Below are positions 9,960 through 19,050 of a DNA stretch of 47,055 nucleotides, one piece after another. The notes under the pieces are model-generated. The model ran no database searches and was not told the origin of the DNA. It saw nothing but the letters and a program-made list of their open reading frames with translations. How positions within the stretch are numbered: the stretch's first letter is position 1; every line of letters starts with the position of its first letter. The DNA comes from Planctomycetota bacterium (GTDB taxonomy: Bacteria > Planctomycetota > UBA1135), in contig JACNIZ010000220.1 in the NCBI GenBank assembly GCA_014382805.1, positions 1 through 47,055 on the forward strand, given 5' to 3'. The translations under genes and the position numbers were made by a program.

Positions 9960-10019
9960 GGCTAAATTCTAGGTCTTCCCACCGGTGGGCAAAAGAGCGA
10001 CAATGGCGCCTCAAGCTCG

Positions 10020-11999
10020 ATGGATACCCCCACCACCCTAACCACCCCGAATCAATCCACGCCGACCTCCGGCTGGACGATTCAAATGGCCGATGATTTG
10101 TACCGCGTCTCCGGCTGGAGCGAGGGTTATTTTTTCGTCGCCGAGGACGGCCGAGTGAAGGTGCGGCGCCATGCATCCGACCCCAATGGCGTCGCGCTGG
10201 ATGAAATTCGAGAAGGCTTGCGCCAGCGAGGCTTTTGCACGCCTCTAGTGGTACGCTTCAATGACATCCTGCGCGACCGCCTCGATCAAATTGCCGACGC
10301 CTTTAGTCGCGCCATGGAGGAGGAACAATACCGTGGGGATTATCGGCTCGCCTTCCCGATTAAAGTCAACCAGCAACGCCACGTCGTCGAAGAAATTTAT
10401 CGTCACGGCGAGCGCCATGGCTTTGGCTTGGAGGTTGGCTCAAAGCCGGAGCTCTTTGCCGCGCTGCCGTTGACCGCCGGCGACTTCGAGCGTCCTATCA
10501 TTTGCAATGGTTTCAAAGATGATCGCTACATAGAAGCGGTCATTCTTGGCACCAAACTTGGCCGCAACATTATTCCTGTAATCGAAGATTATTCTGAACT
10601 GGAACGAATCCTTCGTTTTGCCAAGAAGCACGATGTGCGACCACATATAGGTGCTCGTGTCAAACTTTCCACCCCTGGCGTCGGCAGATGGGAGGCCTCT
10701 TCGGGTTCACAGGGCAAATTTGGATTGTATATCAGTGAGCTTTTGGCCATGCACCAAGAGCTACGCGAGCATGGCATGGAAGATTGCCTAGAGCTGCTGC
10801 ACTGTCACGTCGGCAGCCAAATTCACGACATTCGTGTCGTCAAAAATATGATTAACGAGCTGGGCCAAATTTATGTTGAGCTCCAGCGCATGGGTGCCGG
10901 TTTGCGTTATTTGGACGTTGGTGGCGGCTTAGGTGTAGATTACGACGGCAGTCAGCGGGCAGTGGAATCTTCGGTGAATTATTCGCTTCAAGAGTATGCC
11001 AACGACCTGGTAGCGCGCGTCGGCAATTTGTGCAACCAAGCAGGCATCGAACATCCAACCCTAATTACCGAAAGTGGGCGCGCGATGTCCGCTCACCATA
11101 GTGTATTGATCACAGATGTGCTCGGTTCTAGCAGCAGTGAACGCATCAATTGCTTGGATATTTCCCTAGAAGAATGGCCAAATGAGGAAGATGCGCCACA
11201 GCCGATTCTTGATTTGCACCAAGCCTGGTCAACTTTGGATGCGGCGAACTATTCAGAAAATTATCATGACGCACAACAGGCGCGTGATGACTCGATCAAT
11301 CTGTTCGCCCTGGGCTACATTTCATTGCCCGCTCGTGCATTGGTGGAACGCATGTATTGGTCCACTTGTTCCAAGGTGCGCGGCTTTGCGCGCATTCTTG
11401 ACGAAGACCACGAAGACTTAGAATTCTTGGAAGATGCCCTACGTGCAACCTACTTCACGAACTTTTCTCTATTCCAATCTTTGCCCGATTCATGGGCGAT
11501 CGAGCAACTCTTTCCAGTGATGCCCCTGACCCGATTGACCGAGGAGCCGACGCGGCGTGCGGTTTTGGCCGATATCACCTGCGACTCCGATGGGAAAATT
11601 GAGAATTTCATCGGCGAATCCGAGAATCGCCAAACTCTGAACTTGCATGAACTGGTACCAGGTGAATCCTATTTTTTAGGAGTGTTTTTGGTCGGGGCTT
11701 ACCAAGAAACACTTGGCGATTTACATAATCTGTTTGGTGATACGCACGTCGTTCATATTAACTTGGAGGACGATGACGGTTGGTCGGTTGAAGAAACTGT
11801 AGAAGGAGATACGGTTCGCGAAGTTCTGTCCTACGTTCAATACGATGTGGAAGACATGGTGCGTGATTTTCGCAAGGACTGCGAAAAAGCGGTACGCGCT
11901 GGCCGTTTGAACATTACCGAAGCGCGCAACCTATTGCGCTTTTATGATCAGGGATTGGCGGGTTACACTTACCTTGAGTCAGATAATTTAGACGATTAA
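10020..11999 (+). CDS. speA: Biosynthetic arginine decarboxylase
   Basis: FPIKVNQ (PLP Lys), GLEVGSKPEL, HCHVGSQI, DVGGGLGVDYDG, TCDSDG, GAYQE; 659 aa. Confidence 0.95.
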   Translation: MDTPTTLTTPNQSTPTSGWTIQMADDLYRVSGWSEGYFFVAEDGRVKVRRHASDPNGVALDEIREGLRQRGFCTPLVVRFNDILRDRLDQIADAFSRAMEEEQYRGDYRLAFPIKVNQQRHVVEEIYRHGERHGFGLEVGSKPELFAALPLTAGDFERPIICNGFKDDRYIEAVILGTKLGRNIIPVIEDYSELERILRFAKKHDVRPHIGARVKLSTPGVGRWEASSGSQGKFGLYISELLAMHQELREHGMEDCLELLHCHVGSQIHDIRVVKNMINELGQIYVELQRMGAGLRYLDVGGGLGVDYDGSQRAVESSVNYSLQEYANDLVARVGNLCNQAGIEHPTLITESGRAMSAHHSVLITDVLGSSSSERINCLDISLEEWPNEEDAPQPILDLHQAWSTLDAANYSENYHDAQQARDDSINLFALGYISLPARALVERMYWSTCSKVRGFARILDEDHEDLEFLEDALRATYFTNFSLFQSLPDSWAIEQLFPVMPLTRLTEEPTRRAVLADITCDSDGKIENFIGESENRQTLNLHELVPGESYFLGVFLVGAYQETLGDLHNLFGDTHVVHINLEDDDGWSVEETVEGDTVREVLSYVQYDVEDMVRDFRKDCEKAVRAGRLNITEARNLLRFYDQGLAGYTYLESDNLDD

Positions 12000-12003
12000 G
12001 CAC

Positions 12004-12912
12004 GTGAACCATAAAATTTCCGACGGTTCCCGCACGCCGTATAGCGGTCGATTTTTGGATTTACCAGACCATCTTGCCGATCCCAAAACGGCACGCTTTG
12101 TCGTCATCCCGGTCCCCTATGACGGCACTTCCACCTGGCGCAAAGGCGCGGATCGAGGCCCCGAAGCTTTGTTGCAGGCATCTGCGGCGGTCGAATGGTA
12201 TGACATTGAAACCAAGCTGGAAGCGGCGCAAGTCGGAATCATGAGCGAAAATGCGCTTGCGGTAGATGGCTTAGATCCTCAATCCATGTGCGAGCTCGTG
12301 CAAGCTCGGACTAGCCATCATTTACAGAAAAATCGCATCCCAGTTATTTTGGGTGGTGAGCATTCCGTAAGCATCGGTGCGATTCGAGCGGCGGCTATAG
12401 CCAGTCCCGATCGTTTGGGTGTATTACAGTTCGACGCCCACGCCGACACTAGACCTGATTACCGCGGCTCGCCATACAACCACGCTTGTGTCATGGCCCG
12501 CGCTCGCGAAGTGGCGGATGTGGTGCAAGTCGGCATTCGATCCATAGAACAGCACGAGCTTAAAGGTTTAGATTTGCAGCGAGTATTCTGGGCCCATGAA
12601 ATCATGCAGGGTCAAGATCGTAAATGGATGGACCACGCAGTCGAGTTGCTGCCACAAAATGTTTACATTACGGTCGACTTGGATGGTTTTGATCCGTCGC
12701 TAATGCCGGCAACTGGCACTCCAGAACCTGGCGGTTTGGATTGGTACACGGTGAACGAATTAATCCGCCGAGTCCTTGCCAGCGGACGCCGCCTAGTAGC
12801 CTTCGACGTCAACGAATTGCTGCCCATCGATGGTCAGCATGCAAGTGATTTTCTTGCAGCAAAATTGGTGCATCGCATCATGTGCATGCAGGTTTCCGCA
12901 AGTGGCGGCTGA
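12004..12912 (+). CDS. speB: Agmatinase / ureohydrolase
   Basis: GGEHS, FDAHAD, DLDGFDP and TGTPEPGG Mn-ureohydrolase motifs; 4 bp after speA. Confidence 0.92.
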   Translation: MNHKISDGSRTPYSGRFLDLPDHLADPKTARFVVIPVPYDGTSTWRKGADRGPEALLQASAAVEWYDIETKLEAAQVGIMSENALAVDGLDPQSMCELVQARTSHHLQKNRIPVILGGEHSVSIGAIRAAAIASPDRLGVLQFDAHADTRPDYRGSPYNHACVMARAREVADVVQVGIRSIEQHELKGLDLQRVFWAHEIMQGQDRKWMDHAVELLPQNVYITVDLDGFDPSLMPATGTPEPGGLDWYTVNELIRRVLASGRRLVAFDVNELLPIDGQHASDFLAAKLVHRIMCMQVSASGG

Positions 12913-12964
12913 AGTTTGCTTTTTGAAGGCTTTTCAATTCTCCAAATAAGCTCGGAAATTATGC

Positions 12965-13426
12965 CTAATTGGACCGCCTCTGACGCTTCCAAACAATGAC
13001 CACAAGCCAGGTCAAATACGCCTGAATTTGAAGCGGCATGTCAGTCGGCAGGAGAATTTCAGCGCGGCGGTTAAGAAACCCCTCCGGTTGGATCCTGCCG
13101 ATCACTTTGCTCCCTTTGAGCAATTCAAACTTACGCGTAAACCAGGACCCAGGAGCAAGTACATATCTAGATTGGCCAATTTTCACTTCGTAGGAACGCA
13201 ATATGAACCCACGCTTTCTGGCGCTGGCAACGACCTCTCCACCTTCCTCGGTCAAGAAGAAGTCTCCTGACAAAATGCCCTCGCGGCCGATTTCAAAAAT
13301 ATCGTCTTGGAGTATCAACTTCCCTTGGGAGCGGAAGCGAGGAATCTCTAGCTCGGCAACTAGCGCATCGCCATCAAAGAACTTGTAATTCCAAGAGAAC
13401 CGACCATTTGGGCGGGCGTTTAGCAT
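12965..13426 (-). CDS. Hypothetical protein, LURP-one/tubby-C-like (beta-rich with C-terminal hydrophobic helix)
   Basis: Repeated beta-strand pattern (FEL.KG..VIGRI) and C-terminal helix AYLTWLVVIVW; the family call is by resemblance only. Confidence 0.55.
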   Translation of the reverse strand: MLNARPNGRFSWNYKFFDGDALVAELEIPRFRSQGKLILQDDIFEIGREGILSGDFFLTEEGGEVVASARKRGFILRSYEVKIGQSRYVLAPGSWFTRKFELLKGSKVIGRIQPEGFLNRRAEILLPTDMPLQIQAYLTWLVVIVWKRQRRSN

Positions 13427-13598
13427 GATTTAAAGAGTCCGCGCTAGAACTGGCGAATTAACCTCTTAGTCTAACTCCGCTGGCATCCAATTTTCGACCA
13501 CCACCCTTACCTCGCGCAGCCTAAAATTGCGAGGGGCGTTTTCCTAATAATAAGATCCAGCCTGCCGAAAACCTTTCACCCGCTCTCAACCAACCGCC

Positions 13599-14219
13599 AT
13601 GAAGTCCCCCGTCAGCAAATTGCTCCTTATCATTGTTATTCTAGTCTTGCTGCAAATATGGACCGGCTACAAGAGATCGAGAAATGAGGCGGCGGAGACA
13701 GCGTTTGCTGAATTGAACCAAATGCTTCGGGCAGGGCCAATTGGGGAACTCAGCCTAGCCAATAATCCTGAGTCCTCAGGCGACTTATCCGGTCCAGATG
13801 AAACAGCTCATATCCGAACCTTGCTTAATAGCAAAAGCCACTGGAATTATTTAGAAGATCTCGCCGCCGTACATGACCAGTTTGTATTTGATCCACGTCG
13901 GCGTAGCGTTTACTTTTTGCACCCGCGCGCAGCCAATCCTAAAGAATCGTGCCTAGGCCGGGTAACGATTACTGAAAATGGGAGTGGAAGTCATGCTGGC
14001 CACGCCGGAATGCCGCCCTATTTATTGTTGGAAACCCTGAAATGGGACCAAAATGCGTTACGAATTGAGGGCAGTATACTCAACAGCATTAACTGGCAGC
14101 CAAACTTAAATGGGACAGAGGTCGTTGCTGGCCAGCAGGTAGCGTTTCGGGTAGACGTCGATCGATTCGAGGACCGGACCATCGGCTTCGTGGAGCTCGG
14201 AGCGCCTTTAATCGAGTAG
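13599..14219 (+). CDS. Hypothetical membrane-anchored protein
   Basis: 206 aa ORF with N-terminal TM segment (LLLIIVILVLLQIW); fills the gap and overlaps the nod-like 3' end by 12 bp. Confidence 0.65.
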   Translation: MKSPVSKLLLIIVILVLLQIWTGYKRSRNEAAETAFAELNQMLRAGPIGELSLANNPESSGDLSGPDETAHIRTLLNSKSHWNYLEDLAAVHDQFVFDPRRRSVYFLHPRAANPKESCLGRVTITENGSGSHAGHAGMPPYLLLETLKWDQNALRIEGSILNSINWQPNLNGTEVVAGQQVAFRVDVDRFEDRTIGFVELGAPLIE

Positions 14220-16586
14220 TTTGCCAGACGATTCGGAAGCGTCCGGGGTCATCGCTAATACCGTCGGCGGGGCGACGAATGGAACTGTTGCGGCTTGAGC
14301 ATTTTTTAATCGGAAGCCGCGTGTGACCATGAACCAAATTAGCGGAATGACACCGCCGCAGACGAACCATGCAACGCCGACTCCGCGTAACCAAGTAAGG
14401 GTTTGGAAAACGCTGCCGCTTTGATAATCCTGCGAACGGGCGTAAGCGTAGCCAACTTGCATCGAAGCGAGCAATTGATGCAGACCAACCGGGAAGAGGT
14501 CGAGTACTACCATCAGAACGAGTCCTAGGTTTAACGACCAAAAAACACGCCGCAGCAATTTTGCGTTCCAACTTTGCGGCCCGATGACCCAACGTCCGCA
14601 AAACAACATGGAAGCAATGGCTAAATTTCCATAAACGCCGAACAGCGCCGCATGACCATGATTGACGGTTAAGTAAGTGCCGTGTTGGAAATAATTGACT
14701 ATGGGCAAATTGATCATAAAACCCATCACCCCGGCGCCCATGAAGTTCCAGAAGTTGACGCCAATAAGGAATAAAAATGGCTCCGCCAAACCGAAGGTGG
14801 CCTGCTCCCCGCCACTTTTCCGCAACGCACTCACTGCGCCGCCGGGCATGTTGCGGAAACGCCAAGCTTCCACCGTCAGCAAAACCAACGGCACGATTTG
14901 CAGCGACGACAATACGCCGCCCAACGCAACTGTTTCAATGGATTTGGCGTTCCAATAAAAATTGTGGCTGATGCCGATCAAACCGGAGCCAAGGAACAAT
15001 ACCGCTGACAAATAAACCACGCGGGCGGCAACCATGTGGCTTACGAATCCCATCAAATACAAAAAATAGGCGGCAATGATAGTAGTGAACAGTTCAAAAA
15101 ATGCTTCCACCCACATATGGATAGTGCACCAGCGCCAGAAGTCGGCGATGACAAAATTCGTGTCGGGGTTGGCAACAAAACTGGCGGTGAACATAAAGAT
15201 AATGCCGACTATGGAATACACCATCCAGTTTGGTAAGGACCACGATTGCTTTTTCCGCAGCAGCGGCCAAACCCCGCGTGCGGTAATCCACAGCCAAACC
15301 ACAAACGCGGCATAAAGCAAATAATGGAAGACTCGACCGAACTGGGCGAATTCCCAACCTTGCAAACCAAACCAGCGCCAGTATTCTCCGAGCAAACCGT
15401 GCACACCCAAAGGAATGCCGAAAAAAGTGCCAGCGGCGACGACGACCAGCATCCAAAACAAAACGTTAATCCAAGCTAATTGGCGTTTGGGTTCAGGGCG
15501 GCAGATCAGGGGTAATACCCAAATGGTGGCGGCGATCCAACACACTGCGATCCAGAGTATTGAAATTTGGGAGTGCCAAGCGCGACTGATGGTCAGCGGC
15601 AGCACCTCTGAAATATCCAAACCCATTGCGCCGAAAATTCCGACGAAATCGCCGATGGTAATCAAGCCAGCTAGGACTTGCACACCGAACAGCACGGCGG
15701 CGACGGCGAAAAATTTATAACAAGCGCGCTGGGTTGGCGTGGGCTCGAATTTTTCGACCAGCTTAGTCGTCGCCAGCGGAGGCGTTTTCGTTTGCTGCGC
15801 TTCGAAAATGGCCTCACGATCCATCTTGCCGTAAAAGTAGAGCACGATCCCAAGCGAAAGCACTAAAGCAAGTGCGCCAATCACGCTCCAAAACACGACT
15901 CCCGACGTGGCGGTATTACCCGCTAATGGGTCATGCGGCCAGTTATGAGTGAAACTGTAGTCGTAGCCGGGACGTTGCGCAGCGCACAACCAACCACCCC
16001 AGAAAAAAAATGCACTGAGGTCGGATATTTCGTTTTCATCGGTGATGTAATTTTTTGTGGCGAATACTTCGTCGCCCGCAAGTTCGCCACCAGCACCAAA
16101 TTTCTGCGCATAATAATTACGCAACTGAGTGTAAGCCGCCGCTTGAGCATTGCTCAAGGTCACCGTGTTGGTGGCTTCGTTGTAGCGATTCTCCTTGAGC
16201 TCGGCTTGCACCAACGCCTGCACTATCATGCTGCGCTCGGAATCATCCGGCACTTTGTTACGCCAACCGGCGTCGTAAGTCTGATTCATCCACTGGGCAG
16301 TCAAATTGAGCGATTCAGCGGTGAAATCTGGGCCGCGCATGCCGCCGTCGCCGAGAAAACTGCCGTACTCCATCAAGCCATAGCGGAAGAACACTTGTTG
16401 GCCATCCGTGATGGACTTGGCTTCAAAAACCACTTCGCCAGACTCAGTTTTAAAGTCCGCAAGCGGCGGCGCATATTGATAAGTCTTAAAGCCGATGTAC
16501 CCCACCACCGCCACGCTGACCGCAACGATGATGACGAATACTTTCCACCAATGCTGGCGCCTATCGATCCATTTGATGATATTCAT
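14208..16586 (-). CDS. nod: qNOR-family heme-copper protein with nitric oxide dismutase (Nod)-type active-site substitutions
   Basis: qNOR architecture, 792 aa. GSFLGDGGMRGPDFTAE; HMWVEAFFE (H490); GISHNFYWNAK (H541-N542 instead of HH); SLQIVPL (Q563 instead of E); LITIGDF instead of the quinol-binding AHY; WLRGVGV instead of WLRxPGD; heme ligands WHSQ and HGHAALFGVYGNL retained. Confidence 0.8.
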   Translation of the reverse strand: MNIIKWIDRRQHWWKVFVIIVAVSVAVVGYIGFKTYQYAPPLADFKTESGEVVFEAKSITDGQQVFFRYGLMEYGSFLGDGGMRGPDFTAESLNLTAQWMNQTYDAGWRNKVPDDSERSMIVQALVQAELKENRYNEATNTVTLSNAQAAAYTQLRNYYAQKFGAGGELAGDEVFATKNYITDENEISDLSAFFFWGGWLCAAQRPGYDYSFTHNWPHDPLAGNTATSGVVFWSVIGALALVLSLGIVLYFYGKMDREAIFEAQQTKTPPLATTKLVEKFEPTPTQRACYKFFAVAAVLFGVQVLAGLITIGDFVGIFGAMGLDISEVLPLTISRAWHSQISILWIAVCWIAATIWVLPLICRPEPKRQLAWINVLFWMLVVVAAGTFFGIPLGVHGLLGEYWRWFGLQGWEFAQFGRVFHYLLYAAFVVWLWITARGVWPLLRKKQSWSLPNWMVYSIVGIIFMFTASFVANPDTNFVIADFWRWCTIHMWVEAFFELFTTIIAAYFLYLMGFVSHMVAARVVYLSAVLFLGSGLIGISHNFYWNAKSIETVALGGVLSSLQIVPLVLLTVEAWRFRNMPGGAVSALRKSGGEQATFGLAEPFLFLIGVNFWNFMGAGVMGFMINLPIVNYFQHGTYLTVNHGHAALFGVYGNLAIASMLFCGRWVIGPQSWNAKLLRRVFWSLNLGLVLMVVLDLFPVGLHQLLASMQVGYAYARSQDYQSGSVFQTLTWLRGVGVAWFVCGGVIPLIWFMVTRGFRLKNAQAATVPFVAPPTVLAMTPDASESSGKLLD

Positions 16587-16643
16587 TGGATTGACCTAAG
16601 GAAACTCTAGTTCATTCGGGTGGTGGCGCCGAGTTGAGTCGCG

Positions 16644-16665
16644 GTCATCTTTACACAAAAGATGA
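16644..16665. promoter_or_regulatory. Candidate operator upstream of the nod-like gene (GT-N7-AC box overlapping an 8-bp inverted repeat)
   Basis: GTCATCTTTAC at 16644-16654; TCATCTTT-acaca-AAAGATGA at 16645-16665. Confidence 0.4.
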
Positions 16666-16720
16666 ATGAGGCCAAGAAAAATCAACGCCAGCACCTGCAA
16701 TTTTCAACTTAAATTGCGGC

Positions 16721-18769
16721 TTACAAACGACCTTGCGCGGCCAAAATCGGCCTCAGTCCCTCCATCAGCAAGTCAAGTTCTTGGTCGCGTAAGGCTTGCT
16801 CCTTATCACACAAAGCTTCCTCCGGGCGCGGGTGACATTCGACGATGATGCCGTCGGCGCCGGCTGCTACTGCGGCTAGGGCTAAAGGAACCACTAAATG
16901 GCGTTGACCGGCTGCATGCGACGGGTCGACAATGATGGGTAAATCCGTCATAGTTTTGAGCACCGGAACTGCACTGATATCCAGGGTATTGCGGGTTGCT
17001 GTTTCGAAGGTGCGGATGCCGCGTTCACACAAAATCACGCGTTGATTTCCACCAGCTTTGATGTATTCCGCCGCCTGCAAAAGCTCCTTTAACGTCGCAC
17101 TCATGCCCCGCTTCAGCAGCACCGGCCGACGTATTTTGCCGAGCTGCTTCAGCAATGAAAAGTTCTGCATATTGCGTGCGCCTACCTGCAGCATATCCGC
17201 TTTTGCGGCGATGGCTTCGACGTCTTCTGGTTGCAGCACCTCGGTTACCACGGGCATTTCGAACTCACGACCTGCTTCGACCAGCAGATCCAAACCTTCA
17301 AAACCTAACCCTTGGAAAGAGTGCGGCGAACTGCGCGGCTTGAATGCACCGCCGCGCATAATTTGGGCACCACGAGCTTTGACCATCGCCGCAGTATCGC
17401 GAATTTGTTTGCGGCTCTCCACCGCGCACGGCCCCAAAATCAAGGTGAAATTGCCGCCACCTACCGCCACCCCACCGACCGAAATACTCGGCCGTGGCTT
17501 GGCTTTGACATGGCGCGCTATTGTCACCTTCGCTGGCGTTTCCACCTTTGCCTTCCACAAAGTCGATGGAATTTTGCTTGGCTCCAAACGGTGCTCGACA
17601 GCACGCGACGGATAAGTACCTAAGACCTGTACATGGTTGCACGAACTGCGTAATGCGGCCAGCGCCTCTTGCACGTTTTCATCCTCCTGGTGACCAGCTA
17701 GGTCGGCCAGGAACATGTACTCCCACGGCGTCTCCGGCTGCGGACGACTTTCTAGGCGAACTAAGTTTACGCCGTGATCAGAAAACGCCGCCAAACTATT
17801 GCTCAATGCACCACAACGGTCTTCAACCGCAAAGTGAATGGTAGTTTTAGACGGCATCTTTCGGCTTGCATTCTCCGGTTTGGTCGCCAGTAACAAGAAC
17901 CGTGTTTGGTTGTGAGCATGATCGGCTACATCGCGTCGCAACACGTTGAGGCCGAATCGTTCGGCCGCCTCACTGGAGCAAATGCAGCCGATCTTTGGAT
18001 CTTTTGCATCACGCACTGACTGAGCAGCGCCTGCAGTATCAAAGTAGTGCGCAGCCTTGGCCTGCCGAATGTCACCGAGCAAGCGCTGGCACTGCTGCAA
18101 GGCAACCGCATGACTGCGAATAATCCGCAAGTCGGCAACTTCCGCCCCGGGTAACGCGGCCAAACAATGTTCGACTTCCCATACCTCTTCGTCCACCACC
18201 GCAATGTCGCGCGTGGCCAGCAGGTGATTGACCTCGCTGATGCTGCCAATCAAAGTATTTTCCACCGGCAAAAGCCCATAATCAATTTCGCCGCGTTCCA
18301 GCGCTGTGAACACATCGGCAAAACTGGATAAGCCGACGTGTTCCGCAATCGAATGAGTGCGGTGGGCGAACAATTTTTCAATCGCGAGGTCGCTGTAACT
18401 GGTTGCCACGCCTTGATAGCCGACGCGGCAAGTGGTGGTCTTTGGTTTTTCGGATAGCAGCGGTTCTTGGCTACGACGCGAGTAATTCAGCACCTCGCGC
18501 AGGATGCGGCCAGTGAAATAGCTCGACAAGCCCAAATTCTGTGATTCTTCCGCCCATTCGTTGGCCACTTCAGCCTCTCGATCGGGATCAAACAGTTGGG
18601 CCTCGTCCTGGTTGGATTTGTGCTGGGCAATGTCATGCACAGCATCCATGCGTTGCCGTAGCAGACGGATGAGTTCCTTGTCGACCAAATCAATGCGCTG
18701 GCGCGGACTGTCGGCGTCGGGATTATTCTGCTGACCTGGATTGTCAGGGTTGGGTAGGAGCGGTTCCAT
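16721..18769 (-). CDS. pheA: Chorismate mutase-prephenate dehydratase-ACT-DAHP synthase (type Ibeta) fusion
   Basis: AroQ CM ([23 protein letters not shown]), PDT ([21 protein letters not shown]), ACT (NLVRLESRP), DAHPS ([38 protein letters not shown]). Confidence 0.92.
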   Translation of the reverse strand: MEPLLPNPDNPGQQNNPDADSPRQRIDLVDKELIRLLRQRMDAVHDIAQHKSNQDEAQLFDPDREAEVANEWAEESQNLGLSSYFTGRILREVLNYSRRSQEPLLSEKPKTTTCRVGYQGVATSYSDLAIEKLFAHRTHSIAEHVGLSSFADVFTALERGEIDYGLLPVENTLIGSISEVNHLLATRDIAVVDEEVWEVEHCLAALPGAEVADLRIIRSHAVALQQCQRLLGDIRQAKAAHYFDTAGAAQSVRDAKDPKIGCICSSEAAERFGLNVLRRDVADHAHNQTRFLLLATKPENASRKMPSKTTIHFAVEDRCGALSNSLAAFSDHGVNLVRLESRPQPETPWEYMFLADLAGHQEDENVQEALAALRSSCNHVQVLGTYPSRAVEHRLEPSKIPSTLWKAKVETPAKVTIARHVKAKPRPSISVGGVAVGGGNFTLILGPCAVESRKQIRDTAAMVKARGAQIMRGGAFKPRSSPHSFQGLGFEGLDLLVEAGREFEMPVVTEVLQPEDVEAIAAKADMLQVGARNMQNFSLLKQLGKIRRPVLLKRGMSATLKELLQAAEYIKAGGNQRVILCERGIRTFETATRNTLDISAVPVLKTMTDLPIIVDPSHAAGQRHLVVPLALAAVAAGADGIIVECHPRPEEALCDKEQALRDQELDLLMEGLRPILAAQGRL

Positions 18770-18795
18770 GGTGGTTTCTGTGGTGGGTGGACAAC

Positions 18796-18832
18796 AAAAA
18801 AGCCCACCCGCATGGGCTGCGGGTGGGCTTTT
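18796..18832 (-). terminator. Intrinsic terminator of the pheA-aroF attenuator
   Basis: On the minus strand: AAAA-GCCCACCCGC-agcccat-GCGGGTGGGC-TTTTTT, ending 26 nt upstream of the pheA ATG. Confidence 0.85.
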
Positions 18833-18850
18833 GATGGTTAGACAACTAGA

Positions 18851-18982
18851 TCATGGTTGTCCGGGCAAGCAGCCTCCCGCGCGACACCTGTTAAACAGAT
18901 ATCGTCCGGCAAACCCACTAAACTGCAGGTCGCTGCCGTTATTCTTCGCGCGGCGGAGAAGTTGCTTCACGGAGGGCATCAT
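18851..18982 (-). CDS. Putative Phe/Tyr-sensing leader peptide
   Basis: MMPSVKQLLRRAKNNGSDLQFSGFAGRYLFNRCRAGGCLPGQP* (alternative GTG start at 18970). An F/F/Y/F cluster precedes a segment complementary to the terminator 5' arm. Confidence 0.55.
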   Translation of the reverse strand: MMPSVKQLLRRAKNNGSDLQFSGFAGRYLFNRCRAGGCLPGQP

Positions 18983-19050
18983 CCTCCATATCGGCTGAAA
19001 CGCAACAATCATTTGGGAAAATAAATAAGGTTCGCCGTTAATCTATGGCC

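Noticed and set aside
14208-16586. Plain quinol-dependent NO reductase (norZ/qNOR) call
   Set aside because: An FeB His, the conserved Glu and both quinol-site residues are substituted, so a canonical qNOR call is not supported.
14089-16610. Long alternative ORFs 14089-14865 (-) and 15933-16610 (+)
   Set aside because: Off-frame or antisense shadows of the nod-like gene with no recognisable motifs.
16591-16690. FNR/DNR box or sigma54 promoter for nod
   Set aside because: Only half-sites (TTGAC, ATCAA) without correct partners; the best sigma54 candidate lacks the -12 GC.
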